From assembly GCA_044226625.1 (NCBI GenBank), contig JBGAGQ010000002.1, forward strand, positions 96,001-160,000: a stretch of 64,000 nt of DNA, read 5' to 3'. The stretch is from Thermoanaerobaculia bacterium. Its GTDB lineage: Bacteria; Acidobacteriota; Thermoanaerobaculia; Multivoradales; UBA5704. Under the pieces are notes generated by a model, which did not search any database, had not been told where the DNA came from, and saw only the letters and a list, made by a program, of their open reading frames with translations. Every line of letters begins with the position of its first letter. The first letter of the stretch is position 1. This document shows positions 8,955 through 17,889 of the stretch, piece after piece. The position numbers were made by a program, and so were the translations under genes.

Positions 8955-10658
8955 ATGGGGCTCACATCTCCGTGGCTCCGCCTCGGGCTCGGTTTCGCGC
9001 TGGGCCTCCCGTTTGTCGCGTGGGAGGCCGGCGCGGGCGCCGCGCCGCCGAAGCCCGCGGCTCCGGCCCCGGTGGTTCGGTTCACCGATGCGACCGCGGC
9101 GGCGGGCCTTCACTTCGTCCATGAGAGCGGGCGCGCGGGGAAGAAGTGGCTTCCCGAGACCCTCGGCTCCGGCGTGGCGGTGCTCGACGCGGACGGCGAT
9201 GGCTGGCCCGACCTCTTCTTCGCGAACGGCCGCAAGTGGACGAAGGCGAAAGGCGCGAAAGCGTCCCTTCCCGCCCTCTATCTCAATCAGAAAAACGGCA
9301 CGTTCCGCGACGCGACGGCAAAGAGCGGCCTCGACGTCGAGCTCTACGCGCTCGGTGTGGCGGCGGGCGACTACGACAACGACGGTAGGACCGACCTCTA
9401 CGTCACCGCGCTCGAAGGGGACCGCCTGTTCCACAACGAGGGAGCGGGGAAGTTCAAGGACGCGACGGCGGCCTCCGGTATCCGGAACGCGAGCTTCGGC
9501 ACGAGCGCCGCGTGGCTCGACTACGACAAGGACGGCAAGATCGACCTCTTCGTCGCGAACTACGTCCAGTGGACGCCGGAAACCGATCTTCGCTGCTCGC
9601 TCGACGGCACGTCGAAGTCCTATTGCACGCCCGAGTCGTACAAAGGGACGTCTTCGAAGCTCTATCGGAATCTTGGCGGCGGAAAATTCGAGGACGTGAG
9701 CCGGAAAGCCGGTGTCGGCGATCCCACCGCGAAATCGCTCGGCGTCGCGGTCCTCGATTTCGACAACGACGGCTGGAGCGACCTCTTCGTCGCGAACGAC
9801 ACGCAGCCGAACAAGCTCTATCGGAACCGCGGGAACGGTACGTTCGTCGATCAGGGGCTCGAAGCCGGAGTCGCCTTCGCCGAAGACGGCACGGCGCGCG
9901 GCGCGATGGGCGTGGACGCCGCCGACTACGACCGCTCCGGCCGGCCGCACCTCCTGGTCGGCAACTTTTCGAACGAGATGCTCGCGCTCTACCACAACGA
10001 AGGGAAGGGGCTGTTCATCGACCAGGCCCCCGCGTCCGCCGTCGGCCGCGCAAGCCTGCTGACGCTCACCTTCGGCGTCTTCTTTTTCGACTACGACCTC
10101 GACGGCCTGCCAGACATCTTCGCCGCGAACGGCCACATCGAAGAGGAGATCGCCCGCGTCCAGCCGAAAGTGACCTACCGCCAGCCGCCGCTCCTCTTCC
10201 GAAACCTCGGCCAAGGACGTTTCGAGCCGGTCGGTCCGGCGATGGGAAAAGACTTCAATCGCCCGATCGTGGCCCGCGGTGCGGCCTATCTCGACTACGA
10301 CCGCGACGGCGATCTGGACGTGGCGATCTCGACCAACCACGGCGCGGCGGTCCTACTGAAGAACGATGGCGGCGGCAGCAACCACTGGCTACGGGTCCGC
10401 ACCGCCGGAACCCGCTCCAACCGCGACGGCCTCGGCGCAGTCGTCAAGGTCACGACGGCGTCCGGTATGCAGTGGCAGACGGTACACAGCGGCTCCTCCT
10501 ACTGCTCCCAGAGCGACCTCGCCCTCACTTTCGGGCTCGGGAAGGACACCAAGATCCAATCGCTCGAGGTGACCTGGCCGAGCGGTACGAAGCAGAAGCT
10601 CGGCGCGATCGGAGTGGATCGGGAGATCGTGGTGGTGGAGGGGCAGGGGATTCAGTAG
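8955..10658 (+). CDS. CRTAC1-family FG-GAP/ASPIC-UnbV protein
   Basis: Signal peptide, ETLGSGVAVLDADGDG, many DYDNDG repeats, SGSSYCSQ..FGLG..VTWPSG. Confidence 0.9.
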   Translation: MGLTSPWLRLGLGFALGLPFVAWEAGAGAAPPKPAAPAPVVRFTDATAAAGLHFVHESGRAGKKWLPETLGSGVAVLDADGDGWPDLFFANGRKWTKAKGAKASLPALYLNQKNGTFRDATAKSGLDVELYALGVAAGDYDNDGRTDLYVTALEGDRLFHNEGAGKFKDATAASGIRNASFGTSAAWLDYDKDGKIDLFVANYVQWTPETDLRCSLDGTSKSYCTPESYKGTSSKLYRNLGGGKFEDVSRKAGVGDPTAKSLGVAVLDFDNDGWSDLFVANDTQPNKLYRNRGNGTFVDQGLEAGVAFAEDGTARGAMGVDAADYDRSGRPHLLVGNFSNEMLALYHNEGKGLFIDQAPASAVGRASLLTLTFGVFFFDYDLDGLPDIFAANGHIEEEIARVQPKVTYRQPPLLFRNLGQGRFEPVGPAMGKDFNRPIVARGAAYLDYDRDGDLDVAISTNHGAAVLLKNDGGGSNHWLRVRTAGTRSNRDGLGAVVKVTTASGMQWQTVHSGSSYCSQSDLALTFGLGKDTKIQSLEVTWPSGTKQKLGAIGVDREIVVVEGQGIQ

Positions 10659-10832
10659 GCGAGGCTGGCAGAATCCTCCCTGCCCAGCGGTAGCCTTGCT
10701 CGAGTCGGAGACCGGTCCACCCAGGGACCCCTCCCGAAAAGGAGCCGCGAGCGATCCCCGGACGCCGACCACCCACCTCCGATGCCGCTCAATCACGGTC
10801 GTGGGCAAGAGGTCGGTCGGTCCGCTCGACTC

Positions 10833-12119
10833 TCATTGCGTCTCGTGGAGGCCACGCCCTCCGAGCGCATAGACCCCGGGATGGAGCACATCGAGAGTCG
10901 CGACGCCCCGGACAAGGTCGACTTGTGCGCCGGGCTCTCGCTTCCATCCGGAAAGCGTGGCCGAGTACACCCCGAGGCTCGAAGGCTCGAACCCGAGAAG
11001 ATCGTCGGGATGGAAGCGAAGCTCCAAGGAAATCGGGCTCCCATAAAGATTGGTGCTGGTTCGAAGCTCGCGCACCAAGACCATCGCTGCGCCATCGGCA
11101 GCGCGAGCCTGATCCGGCGTAAAGAAGAAATGCAGAGGGACGCCCAGGATCATCACCGTCTCCTCGCCATTGAGAGCGTCCGACGGAACGAAGGCAGTCG
11201 CTTCGTCTCGGCTGACGAGGCAGCCGTCGGTGCCGCAATTTTCGATCGCAGCCCACTCGTACGAGGGGATGAAATAGAAGGGATCCACCGGAGGAAGTGC
11301 TCTTCGGAAGAGCTCCCAGATTCGAGCGTTCAGCATGCAGCGAAACATGTAAAGAAAGTCTTTGGACTCCTGAATCGCGGCTTCGCGAGCGAGCTCGTAC
11401 TTGGTCGCCGTTCCGATCTTGGCTTTGGCTTCCTCGTTCTTGTCGGGCGAATCTTTGGCGAAATCCCCATGAGAATAGGGGTCGTCCTCGGTCCAACCGG
11501 GGTCCGTTCGCCGAGGGCGCTCGGCATCTTCGGCTCCCGGGCTGAAGCTCGTAATCTTGAGTCGGGCCGGTGGCATCCAGGTCGGATCCACCAACGCCCT
11601 TTCGACTTCGTCTTGTTCTTGGCGGGTGAGATCGACGAAATTGGAGTGAGCCTTGAGATCTTGAAGCGCGTGAAGAGCATGACCCAACGCGGTGAGCGCT
11701 TGCTCCATCCGTCCTTGGAACGCCTCGTTCACGGCGAGCAACTTCTGTTCCCGAACATAGGCGGCGCCGTCCTTGAATGCCTGCGCGTGGCTCCTGCCTG
11801 GCCCTCGGTCGAAGTGATGTCTCGCTTGGTACTGAGCGTTCGGAACGGTCCGAGCCAAATCGAAGGGATGCCAGAAGCTGGGGGACCAGGAGGACTCGTT
11901 CCAATCGACCTGTCGCACCTCGTACATCAACCGCTGGGTCATTTCTTCGTTGAATCGCCAACACCGTGCAGCGGTCTGGGTGATCTGGTCGTGAGGAGAG
12001 AGATGGATTGGGCTCCAAGTCGGGTACGAGTCGAATCGAGTTTGCGCGAAACCCGAGCTCGAAATTACGGCGACGACGAGAAGTGAGACGCAAAGCGGAA
12101 TACAGTGCCGAATTCGCAT
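10833..12119 (-). CDS. Secreted HET-C/VWA7-like (Zn-dependent phospholipase C/P1 fold) domain protein
   Basis: Signal peptide; HHFD and LGHALHALQDLKAHSNFVD motifs; beta-rich C-terminal domain. Confidence 0.65.
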   Translation of the reverse strand: MRIRHCIPLCVSLLVVAVISSSGFAQTRFDSYPTWSPIHLSPHDQITQTAARCWRFNEEMTQRLMYEVRQVDWNESSWSPSFWHPFDLARTVPNAQYQARHHFDRGPGRSHAQAFKDGAAYVREQKLLAVNEAFQGRMEQALTALGHALHALQDLKAHSNFVDLTRQEQDEVERALVDPTWMPPARLKITSFSPGAEDAERPRRTDPGWTEDDPYSHGDFAKDSPDKNEEAKAKIGTATKYELAREAAIQESKDFLYMFRCMLNARIWELFRRALPPVDPFYFIPSYEWAAIENCGTDGCLVSRDEATAFVPSDALNGEETVMILGVPLHFFFTPDQARAADGAAMVLVRELRTSTNLYGSPISLELRFHPDDLLGFEPSSLGVYSATLSGWKREPGAQVDLVRGVATLDVLHPGVYALGGRGLHETQ

Positions 12120-12229
12120 CGCTGCGCTCCTTTGTGCGCAATCTTTCTGCGCGCCGGGCGACCATCTATTATGATGAATTTAAGAATAGGAAAAATAATT
12201 GGTGCATGTCAACTCCGCGGCCACCACGC

Positions 12230-12410
12230 ATCAGCCCAGGCGCTGCTGGATGCCTTCAACCGCGCTTGTGAAGACGTACCGGCTCAGGAGGAACGGGATC
12301 TGGTGCGCAGGATGGGACGAAAGCAGCGGGAGTTACTGAAGGGCGAGTGGTGATCCGTCAGGACGTTGTCTTCTGGGTCGACCCTGGAAGTTCCGCCGGC
12401 TCGGGGGCGC
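12230..12410 (+). pseudogene. Relic of a ChpI/MazE-type antitoxin C-terminus and PemK/MazF toxin N-terminus
   Basis: ..LLDAFNRACEDVPAQEERDLVRRMGRKQRELLKGEW* overlaps MVIRQDVVFWVDPGSSAGS, which resembles the MazF start MVIRQGDVFWVDLGEPxGS; similarity then ends. Confidence 0.6.
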
Positions 12411-12445
12411 AAAACGCGATCTGGCGCGCAGAGGGTGGCTCCGCC

Positions 12446-14041
12446 CTACGGACGGCAAGGAGCTCCCTTGGCGTAGACCTCGAGCTTCCCGGTCAACTCG
12501 TTCACCCGCGCGTCGTTTCCTTCCGCTTTCGCGGCATCGATCGCCTTACGCTGCCATTCCGCGGCTTGATCGCATTGGCCCGTCTCGGCGAGAGCGAGGG
12601 CGAGGGTTTCGGCGTGGAGGCCGGACGGTTGGGCGTTCCAGACGGCGACGGCTAATGCGAGCGCACGCTTGCCGTCGCGGACGGGCAGATCGGGACAGGC
12701 CGCGAGCAGGCGGGCAAGGGCGTGGGTGAGCTGACCGCTGTCGGGGATCTGGCTCAGGGACTCGTCGAGCTTTTTTCGCGCTTCGGTGTAGCGGGCTAGA
12801 CGGACGAGGGTCTCCGCCTCTCCGAGGCGCGCCGCTTCGTCTTGCGGCGCCTGCTGGACCGCCCGGGCGTAGTCGGCGAGCGCTTCTTCGAGGCGGCCCG
12901 CGTCGCGGAGGAGCTGGGCGCGAAAACGGCGCGCCTCGGCGTCGTCCGGACGCGCGGCCAGAGCGGCTTCGAGGTGGGCGAGCGCCTCTTGCCGATCGGG
13001 TCCCCCGGCGAGCAGGGCGGCGAGGTTGAAGTGAGCGGTCGCGTTTCGCGGGTCGCGTTTTAGCACCTCGCGGAACTGTTCGATCGCCTCCGGGCGATCG
13101 CCGAGGCTCGCGAGCATGGAACCGAGGTTCACGCGCGCCTCGACGCTTCCGGGATTCGCGGCGAGGGCCCGGCGGAACTGTTCCGCCGCATCGGCATACC
13201 TTCCGGCGCGGGCCGCCGTCCTTCCGCTGGTCATCGCGAGGCGCTCCCCGGTCCGGAGCGCGGCGACGCCGTCGAGAAGGGGATCGGGAGGCCTGAGCCC
13301 GACTTGACCGGCGAGCGCGAGATGCTCCTCGGCCTTTTTGAGATCTCCCGCCCCGCGGTAGGCGAGAGCGAGCGTCCGGTGCAGCCGATTGGCATCGGGC
13401 ACCGCGGCGAGCGCCGCTTCGAGGTGCTCGACCGCGGCGGGGTAGAGCCTGCGAGCGAGCGCCGCCTGGCCCAAGAGCGAATGGGCGGAGGGTGAGAGCG
13501 CTGAGATCCTGAGGAGCGGCGACAGGATCGCCTCGGCCTCCTCGGGTTTGCCCTGGAGCAGGCGGATTTCGGCAAGGTGGATTGCCGCGACTTTCGCTTC
13601 GGGAAACTGGAACGCGCGTCCGAACGCCTCGGCCGCGGCGTCGAGGCGACCGGCGGCCTGCTCGGCGGCCCCGAACAGGTAGGGCCAATCGACGCTCTTG
13701 CCGTCGAGCCGCTCCGCCCGTTCAAAGCAGTCGGCCGCTCCTTCGTTGAAACCGTAGGCGAGGTAGACCTCTCCCAGCTCGCCGTACGCGGCGGCGGTTT
13801 CTCGGAGGTCCGGGCTGGACTTCGCGAGCTGGTCGTCGAGCGACTTGCGAACCTCGCCGATCTGTTGGGCGACGACCGGCTCGAGGCCGGTGAGGTCCGG
13901 ATGGCGGACGGCGCGTGGCTCTGCGGCGGAGAGGCGAAGGCCGACGAAGAGAAACACAACGAAGGAAAAGACGGAAAGGACGGCGGCGAGCCGACGCATC
14001 TTGGCTTGCGATCGCGCGGGGGAAGAACGGAAGAGGCTCAT
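12446..14041 (-). CDS. Exported tetratricopeptide repeat protein
   Basis: N-terminal hydrophobic segment, multiple TPRs, ARLLAACPDxxVRDGxRAL tail. Confidence 0.85.
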   Translation of the reverse strand: MSLFRSSPARSQAKMRRLAAVLSVFSFVVFLFVGLRLSAAEPRAVRHPDLTGLEPVVAQQIGEVRKSLDDQLAKSSPDLRETAAAYGELGEVYLAYGFNEGAADCFERAERLDGKSVDWPYLFGAAEQAAGRLDAAAEAFGRAFQFPEAKVAAIHLAEIRLLQGKPEEAEAILSPLLRISALSPSAHSLLGQAALARRLYPAAVEHLEAALAAVPDANRLHRTLALAYRGAGDLKKAEEHLALAGQVGLRPPDPLLDGVAALRTGERLAMTSGRTAARAGRYADAAEQFRRALAANPGSVEARVNLGSMLASLGDRPEAIEQFREVLKRDPRNATAHFNLAALLAGGPDRQEALAHLEAALAARPDDAEARRFRAQLLRDAGRLEEALADYARAVQQAPQDEAARLGEAETLVRLARYTEARKKLDESLSQIPDSGQLTHALARLLAACPDLPVRDGKRALALAVAVWNAQPSGLHAETLALALAETGQCDQAAEWQRKAIDAAKAEGNDARVNELTGKLEVYAKGAPCRP

Positions 14042-14110
14042 CGGCCCCGGCAGTCTAACCCCTTCCCCGGCGCCGGCTCGAGAAGGTCTCCCTTCTGGCG
14101 ATCGATCGGT

Positions 14111-15889
14111 TCACCGAGGCGCGCCATCTCCGTCGGGCGCCTTCGGAACTGCCTTGCCGCTACCGCGGACCAAGGTCGTGTAGGCCCGAAGCGGCGGCGG
14201 AGCGAACGTCTCGACCAGGCCGTCGGGCCAGGTGACGCGGACCTCCGTCACCTCGGGACCGTCGCCGAGGCCGACGAGGACGCGGGGATCGTTCGCCGAG
14301 GCGTAGCTGCCGTCGGCCGCCGAGCGTCGGACGAGCGGCGCCGCTCCTTTCCTCATCACCTCGACGCGCGATCCGGTGAGGTCGCGCGGCGTCAGTGTGG
14401 TGGCCGGAGCGCCCACGAGGCGGAGGCCCAACCAGGGATTGCGTTGGCCGACCTCGTTGATCAGGAGGCGCATGGGACTTTCCGCGTCGACGACCAGCAG
14501 ATCGGTATCGCCGTCGTCATCGACGTCTCCGAACGCGGTGCCGCGCGAGATTCTCGGCGTGGTCACGGCCGAACCGGCCTCGGCGCTCACGTCCGCGAAC
14601 TTGCCGTTGCCGAGGTTCCGGAACAGTTGGTCGGGCTGGGCGTAGGGGGCGAGGCCGGAGCCCTGGCCCATCGCTCCAGAGAGATTGACGGCGCCGTTGG
14701 CGGAGAAAACATCGAGCCGGCCGTCGTTGTCGAAGTCGAAGAACCAGGTTCCGAAGCCGGTCATGGGCAGGCTCGGAGGTCCAAGGCCGGTCTTCGCGGT
14801 CGCGTCCTCGAAGAAGCCGTGGCCCAAGTTTTCGTAGAAGGTGTTCGTTTCGCCGGTCAGGTGGGTAATGAACAGGTCGAAGTCGCCGTCGCCATCCCCG
14901 TCACCGTAGGCGATCCCCATGCCGGCCTCGGGGCGGCCGGCGGCGTTGACGGCGACCCCGGCGAGGAGCCCTTCTTCGCGAAAGGTCATCGCCCCGAGGT
15001 TTCGCCAGAGAAAGCCGTCCGATCCGTCGTTCGCGACGAAGAGGTCGGTCCGGCCGTCGCCGTCGAGATCGCCCGCAACGACGCCGAGGCCGGGGCCCGC
15101 TTTCCTACCGATCCCGGACGGGATCGAGACGTCCTCGGAGGTTCCGTCGCCGCGGTTTCTGAACAGGCGACTGGTCGTGGGGGCGAACGCCGCCGGGCCG
15201 CAATAGTCCTTCTTGCTGCTGGGGCTGAAGCAGGCGGCGTTTCGCGCGACGGCGAAGTCGACGTAGTTGAGCACGAAGAGGTCGAGCCGGCCGTCGCCGT
15301 CGAAATCGGCGAAGGTGGCACCGGTGGTCCAGCGCGGATCGTCGACGCCGGCTTTCGCCGTCGCGTCGGTGAACGTTCCGTTCCCTTCGTTGTGCCAGAG
15401 CTGGTTCGGGCCGAAATTCGCCAGGTACAGATCGACGCGGCCGTCGCCGTCGTAGTCGCCGGCCGCGGCCCCCATGCCGTAGCCGGTCGCGCGGAGGCCG
15501 CTCGCCTCCGTGACGTCGACGAAACGGGGGACGGGATTCCGTCCTTTGGGCGTGACCAGGTCGTTGCGGAACAGGCGCCCCCAGCCGGCGGGGCCCGGAT
15601 CGGGCGAGCCGGGCTTGAGCGGATGGCCTTGGACCACGAACGCGTCGAGGTCTCCGTCGCCGTCGTAGTCGAACAGCGCCGCGCCGCCGCCCATGATCTC
15701 GGGCATGTACAGCTCGCCCGAGGCACCGGTCGTGTACGTGAAGCCGAGCCCCCATTCGGTAGCCCGGTCGACGAAGAGAGGGACTTTCGTTTCCGCGGCG
15801 AGAGCCGGAGCGGCGGCCGTGAGAGCGCCGACGAGGCCCAGAGCCCGGGCGGCTCTCGAGGGTGACAAGGGGTTCGAAGATCTCGGCAT
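14111..15889 (-). CDS. CRTAC1-family FG-GAP/ASPIC-UnbV protein
   Basis: Start MPRSS at 15889; MPEIMGGGAALFDYDGDG, FG-GAP repeats, DGSYASANDPR..GLG..VTWPDG. Confidence 0.9.
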   Translation of the reverse strand: MPRSSNPLSPSRAARALGLVGALTAAAPALAAETKVPLFVDRATEWGLGFTYTTGASGELYMPEIMGGGAALFDYDGDGDLDAFVVQGHPLKPGSPDPGPAGWGRLFRNDLVTPKGRNPVPRFVDVTEASGLRATGYGMGAAAGDYDGDGRVDLYLANFGPNQLWHNEGNGTFTDATAKAGVDDPRWTTGATFADFDGDGRLDLFVLNYVDFAVARNAACFSPSSKKDYCGPAAFAPTTSRLFRNRGDGTSEDVSIPSGIGRKAGPGLGVVAGDLDGDGRTDLFVANDGSDGFLWRNLGAMTFREEGLLAGVAVNAAGRPEAGMGIAYGDGDGDGDFDLFITHLTGETNTFYENLGHGFFEDATAKTGLGPPSLPMTGFGTWFFDFDNDGRLDVFSANGAVNLSGAMGQGSGLAPYAQPDQLFRNLGNGKFADVSAEAGSAVTTPRISRGTAFGDVDDDGDTDLLVVDAESPMRLLINEVGQRNPWLGLRLVGAPATTLTPRDLTGSRVEVMRKGAAPLVRRSAADGSYASANDPRVLVGLGDGPEVTEVRVTWPDGLVETFAPPPLRAYTTLVRGSGKAVPKAPDGDGAPR

Positions 15890-16090
15890 GGACCTCGTCG
15901 AGTCTATCGCCGACGTGTCGGCGACGCGTCGGCGAAGGCGTTCCGACGCGTCGGATCGAGCGGGGCACCGGAATCTCCCCGGGAGAACGGGATGGCACGT
16001 CGCTTGCGCTTTTGCCGTTCGATACCGAGAGGGGCGGAGGGCGGACACGGGATCGCGGCATGCCGCGATCCACTTTCGAGGAGAACCCCC

Positions 16091-16957
16091 ATGCATACGT
16101 CGAAGCTCGGCTCCCCGGGTCGTTTCGTCCTGCTTTGGCTCGGAACCTTCGCGTTCGCCTCCGGCGCTTCGGCGATGAGCACCCTCGACTGGTCGACGCT
16201 GCCTTGGAGTCCTGGGGACATGGTTCACACCTATTCGTTTCCGGCCGACGGAGTCGACCTCACGATTCGTGTGTCGACCTCGCCGCTCGGGCAGCCGCCC
16301 CCGACGATCGCGCCGACCTTCGAGTCGTGGGACGGCTTGTCGCCGTTCGAGGAGTGCAACCCGGTCGTCTCCCCGAACAAGGACGGTGCGGGTGACCCTT
16401 CGAACCGGTTCGGGACGCAACGCGACCTGGGCATCGTCTTCGACCCGACCGCGAGCCGCGATCAGACGGTCTGGATCGACCTCAGATTCACCGAGCTGGG
16501 TACGGGGGAGAACGGCCCGAGAAAGCCTGTCGCCACGTTCAAGTTCCAAGTCTCGGACATCGACTACTCGCCTGGGGGCGTCGACTGCTTCCAGCAGCTG
16601 GGCCAGGGGTTTCGCAGGGATCAGGTGGTGATTTCGGCGACGAACGGGGCTAACCCGGTGACCGCCTTCGACCTTTCGGCGCTGATCGCGAACAATCCGG
16701 CGGGCACGTTCACCATCGATCAGACGACGAAATCGGCGACGGCGATCTTCGGTCAGCAGTCGAGCGTGAACTCGCTCGACGACAACGGCACCCTCGTGGT
16801 GGATTTCGGCCCAACCTTCGTTACCGACGTCCGGATCTCCTATAACGAGGCGGGGTACGACTTGAACACCAACAACAACCCCGGCTACCGCGGTATCGGG
16901 ATTCTGGGCGGAACGACCTCGCTGCCCGTGACCTTGACCGACTTTTCGGTCGAATAG
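16091..16957 (+). CDS. Secreted hypothetical protein ending in LPVTLTDFSVE
   Basis: GAGGAG SD before ATG 16091, signal peptide, beta-rich Thr/Ser/Asp/Asn composition. Confidence 0.75.
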   Translation: MHTSKLGSPGRFVLLWLGTFAFASGASAMSTLDWSTLPWSPGDMVHTYSFPADGVDLTIRVSTSPLGQPPPTIAPTFESWDGLSPFEECNPVVSPNKDGAGDPSNRFGTQRDLGIVFDPTASRDQTVWIDLRFTELGTGENGPRKPVATFKFQVSDIDYSPGGVDCFQQLGQGFRRDQVVISATNGANPVTAFDLSALIANNPAGTFTIDQTTKSATAIFGQQSSVNSLDDNGTLVVDFGPTFVTDVRISYNEAGYDLNTNNNPGYRGIGILGGTTSLPVTLTDFSVE

Positions 16958-16972
16958 ACGGCGAGAGCTCGG

Positions 16973-17869
16973 TCAGAGACTCGGCTCGTGCCCTACGACC
17001 CGCCGGAACGCCTCGAGGTAGCGCTCGCGCGTTCCGGCGACCACCGGGTCCGGAAGACGCGGGGGAGGGCTCTGGTGGTCCCATCCGGAGGCGTCCAGCC
17101 AATTGCGGACGAACTGCTTGTCGAACGAGGCGGGCTCCGATCCAGGGCTCCAGGTCGCGGCGTCCCAGTAGCGGGAGGAGTCGGGGGTGAGCGCCTCGTC
17201 GATCCAGAGGATCTCCCCACTTTCGTCGAGACCGAACTCGAATTTCGTGTCGGCGAGGATCAGTCCGACGCTCGCCGCATGTCGGGCGGCTTCGCGATAG
17301 AGGGCAAGCGTCAATTCCCGGAGCCGCTCGGCTCTCTGCGTTCCAAGCTCGGCCGCCATTTGCTCGAACGTGACGTTCTCGTCGTGCCCCTCCTCAGCCT
17401 TCGTCGCAGGGGTGAAGATGGGCTCCGGAAGCCGGCTTGCCCGGGAGAGCCCCGGCGGCAGCGGCAGGCCGCAGACCGTGCCGCTCGCGACGTACTCGCG
17501 ATAACCGCTTCCCGCGAGATAGCCGCGGGCGACGCATTCGAACGGGATCACACGAGCTTTCTGGACCACGGCCGACCGGCCGGCGAGCAGCGTGCGGTGC
17601 GGTTCGAGCTCCGGCGGCAGGTCCCCGCCGAGCAGGTGATGGGGAACGACTTGCGCCAGCCGCTCGAACCAGAAGACCGACATCTGGTGCAGGATCTTCC
17701 CCTTGTCCGGAATTCCCGGCGAGAGGACGAAGTCGTAGGCCGAGAGTCGGTCGGTCGCGACGATCAGCAGGCGATCGCCGAGGTCGTAAACGTCGCGCAC
17801 CTTGCCGCGCTTCGGCGGGGGCAAGCCGGCAAGAGCGGTCTCGACGATGGGGGAGGAGGGTGATGCCAT
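16973..17869 (-). CDS. purC: SAICAR synthetase
   Basis: GKVRDVY, ATDRLSAYD, ECVARGYLAGSG, FTPATKA, ADTKFEFG, DEALTPDSSRYW, SFDKQFVR. Confidence 0.97.
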   Translation of the reverse strand: MASPSSPIVETALAGLPPPKRGKVRDVYDLGDRLLIVATDRLSAYDFVLSPGIPDKGKILHQMSVFWFERLAQVVPHHLLGGDLPPELEPHRTLLAGRSAVVQKARVIPFECVARGYLAGSGYREYVASGTVCGLPLPPGLSRASRLPEPIFTPATKAEEGHDENVTFEQMAAELGTQRAERLRELTLALYREAARHAASVGLILADTKFEFGLDESGEILWIDEALTPDSSRYWDAATWSPGSEPASFDKQFVRNWLDASGWDHQSPPPRLPDPVVAGTRERYLEAFRRVVGHEPSL

Positions 17870-17889
17870 AGCGGGATCTCCGGCGGAAC

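Noticed and set aside
10660-10832. Possible structured RNA or terminator between convergent genes (CCGACC..GGTCGG arms)
   Set aside because: Only short GC-rich complementarity, expected by chance; no U-tract or recognisable RNA family
10782-12086. 434-aa plus-strand ORF opposite the HET-C-like gene
   Set aside because: The minus-strand ORF has a signal peptide and a metal-binding motif; this one has neither
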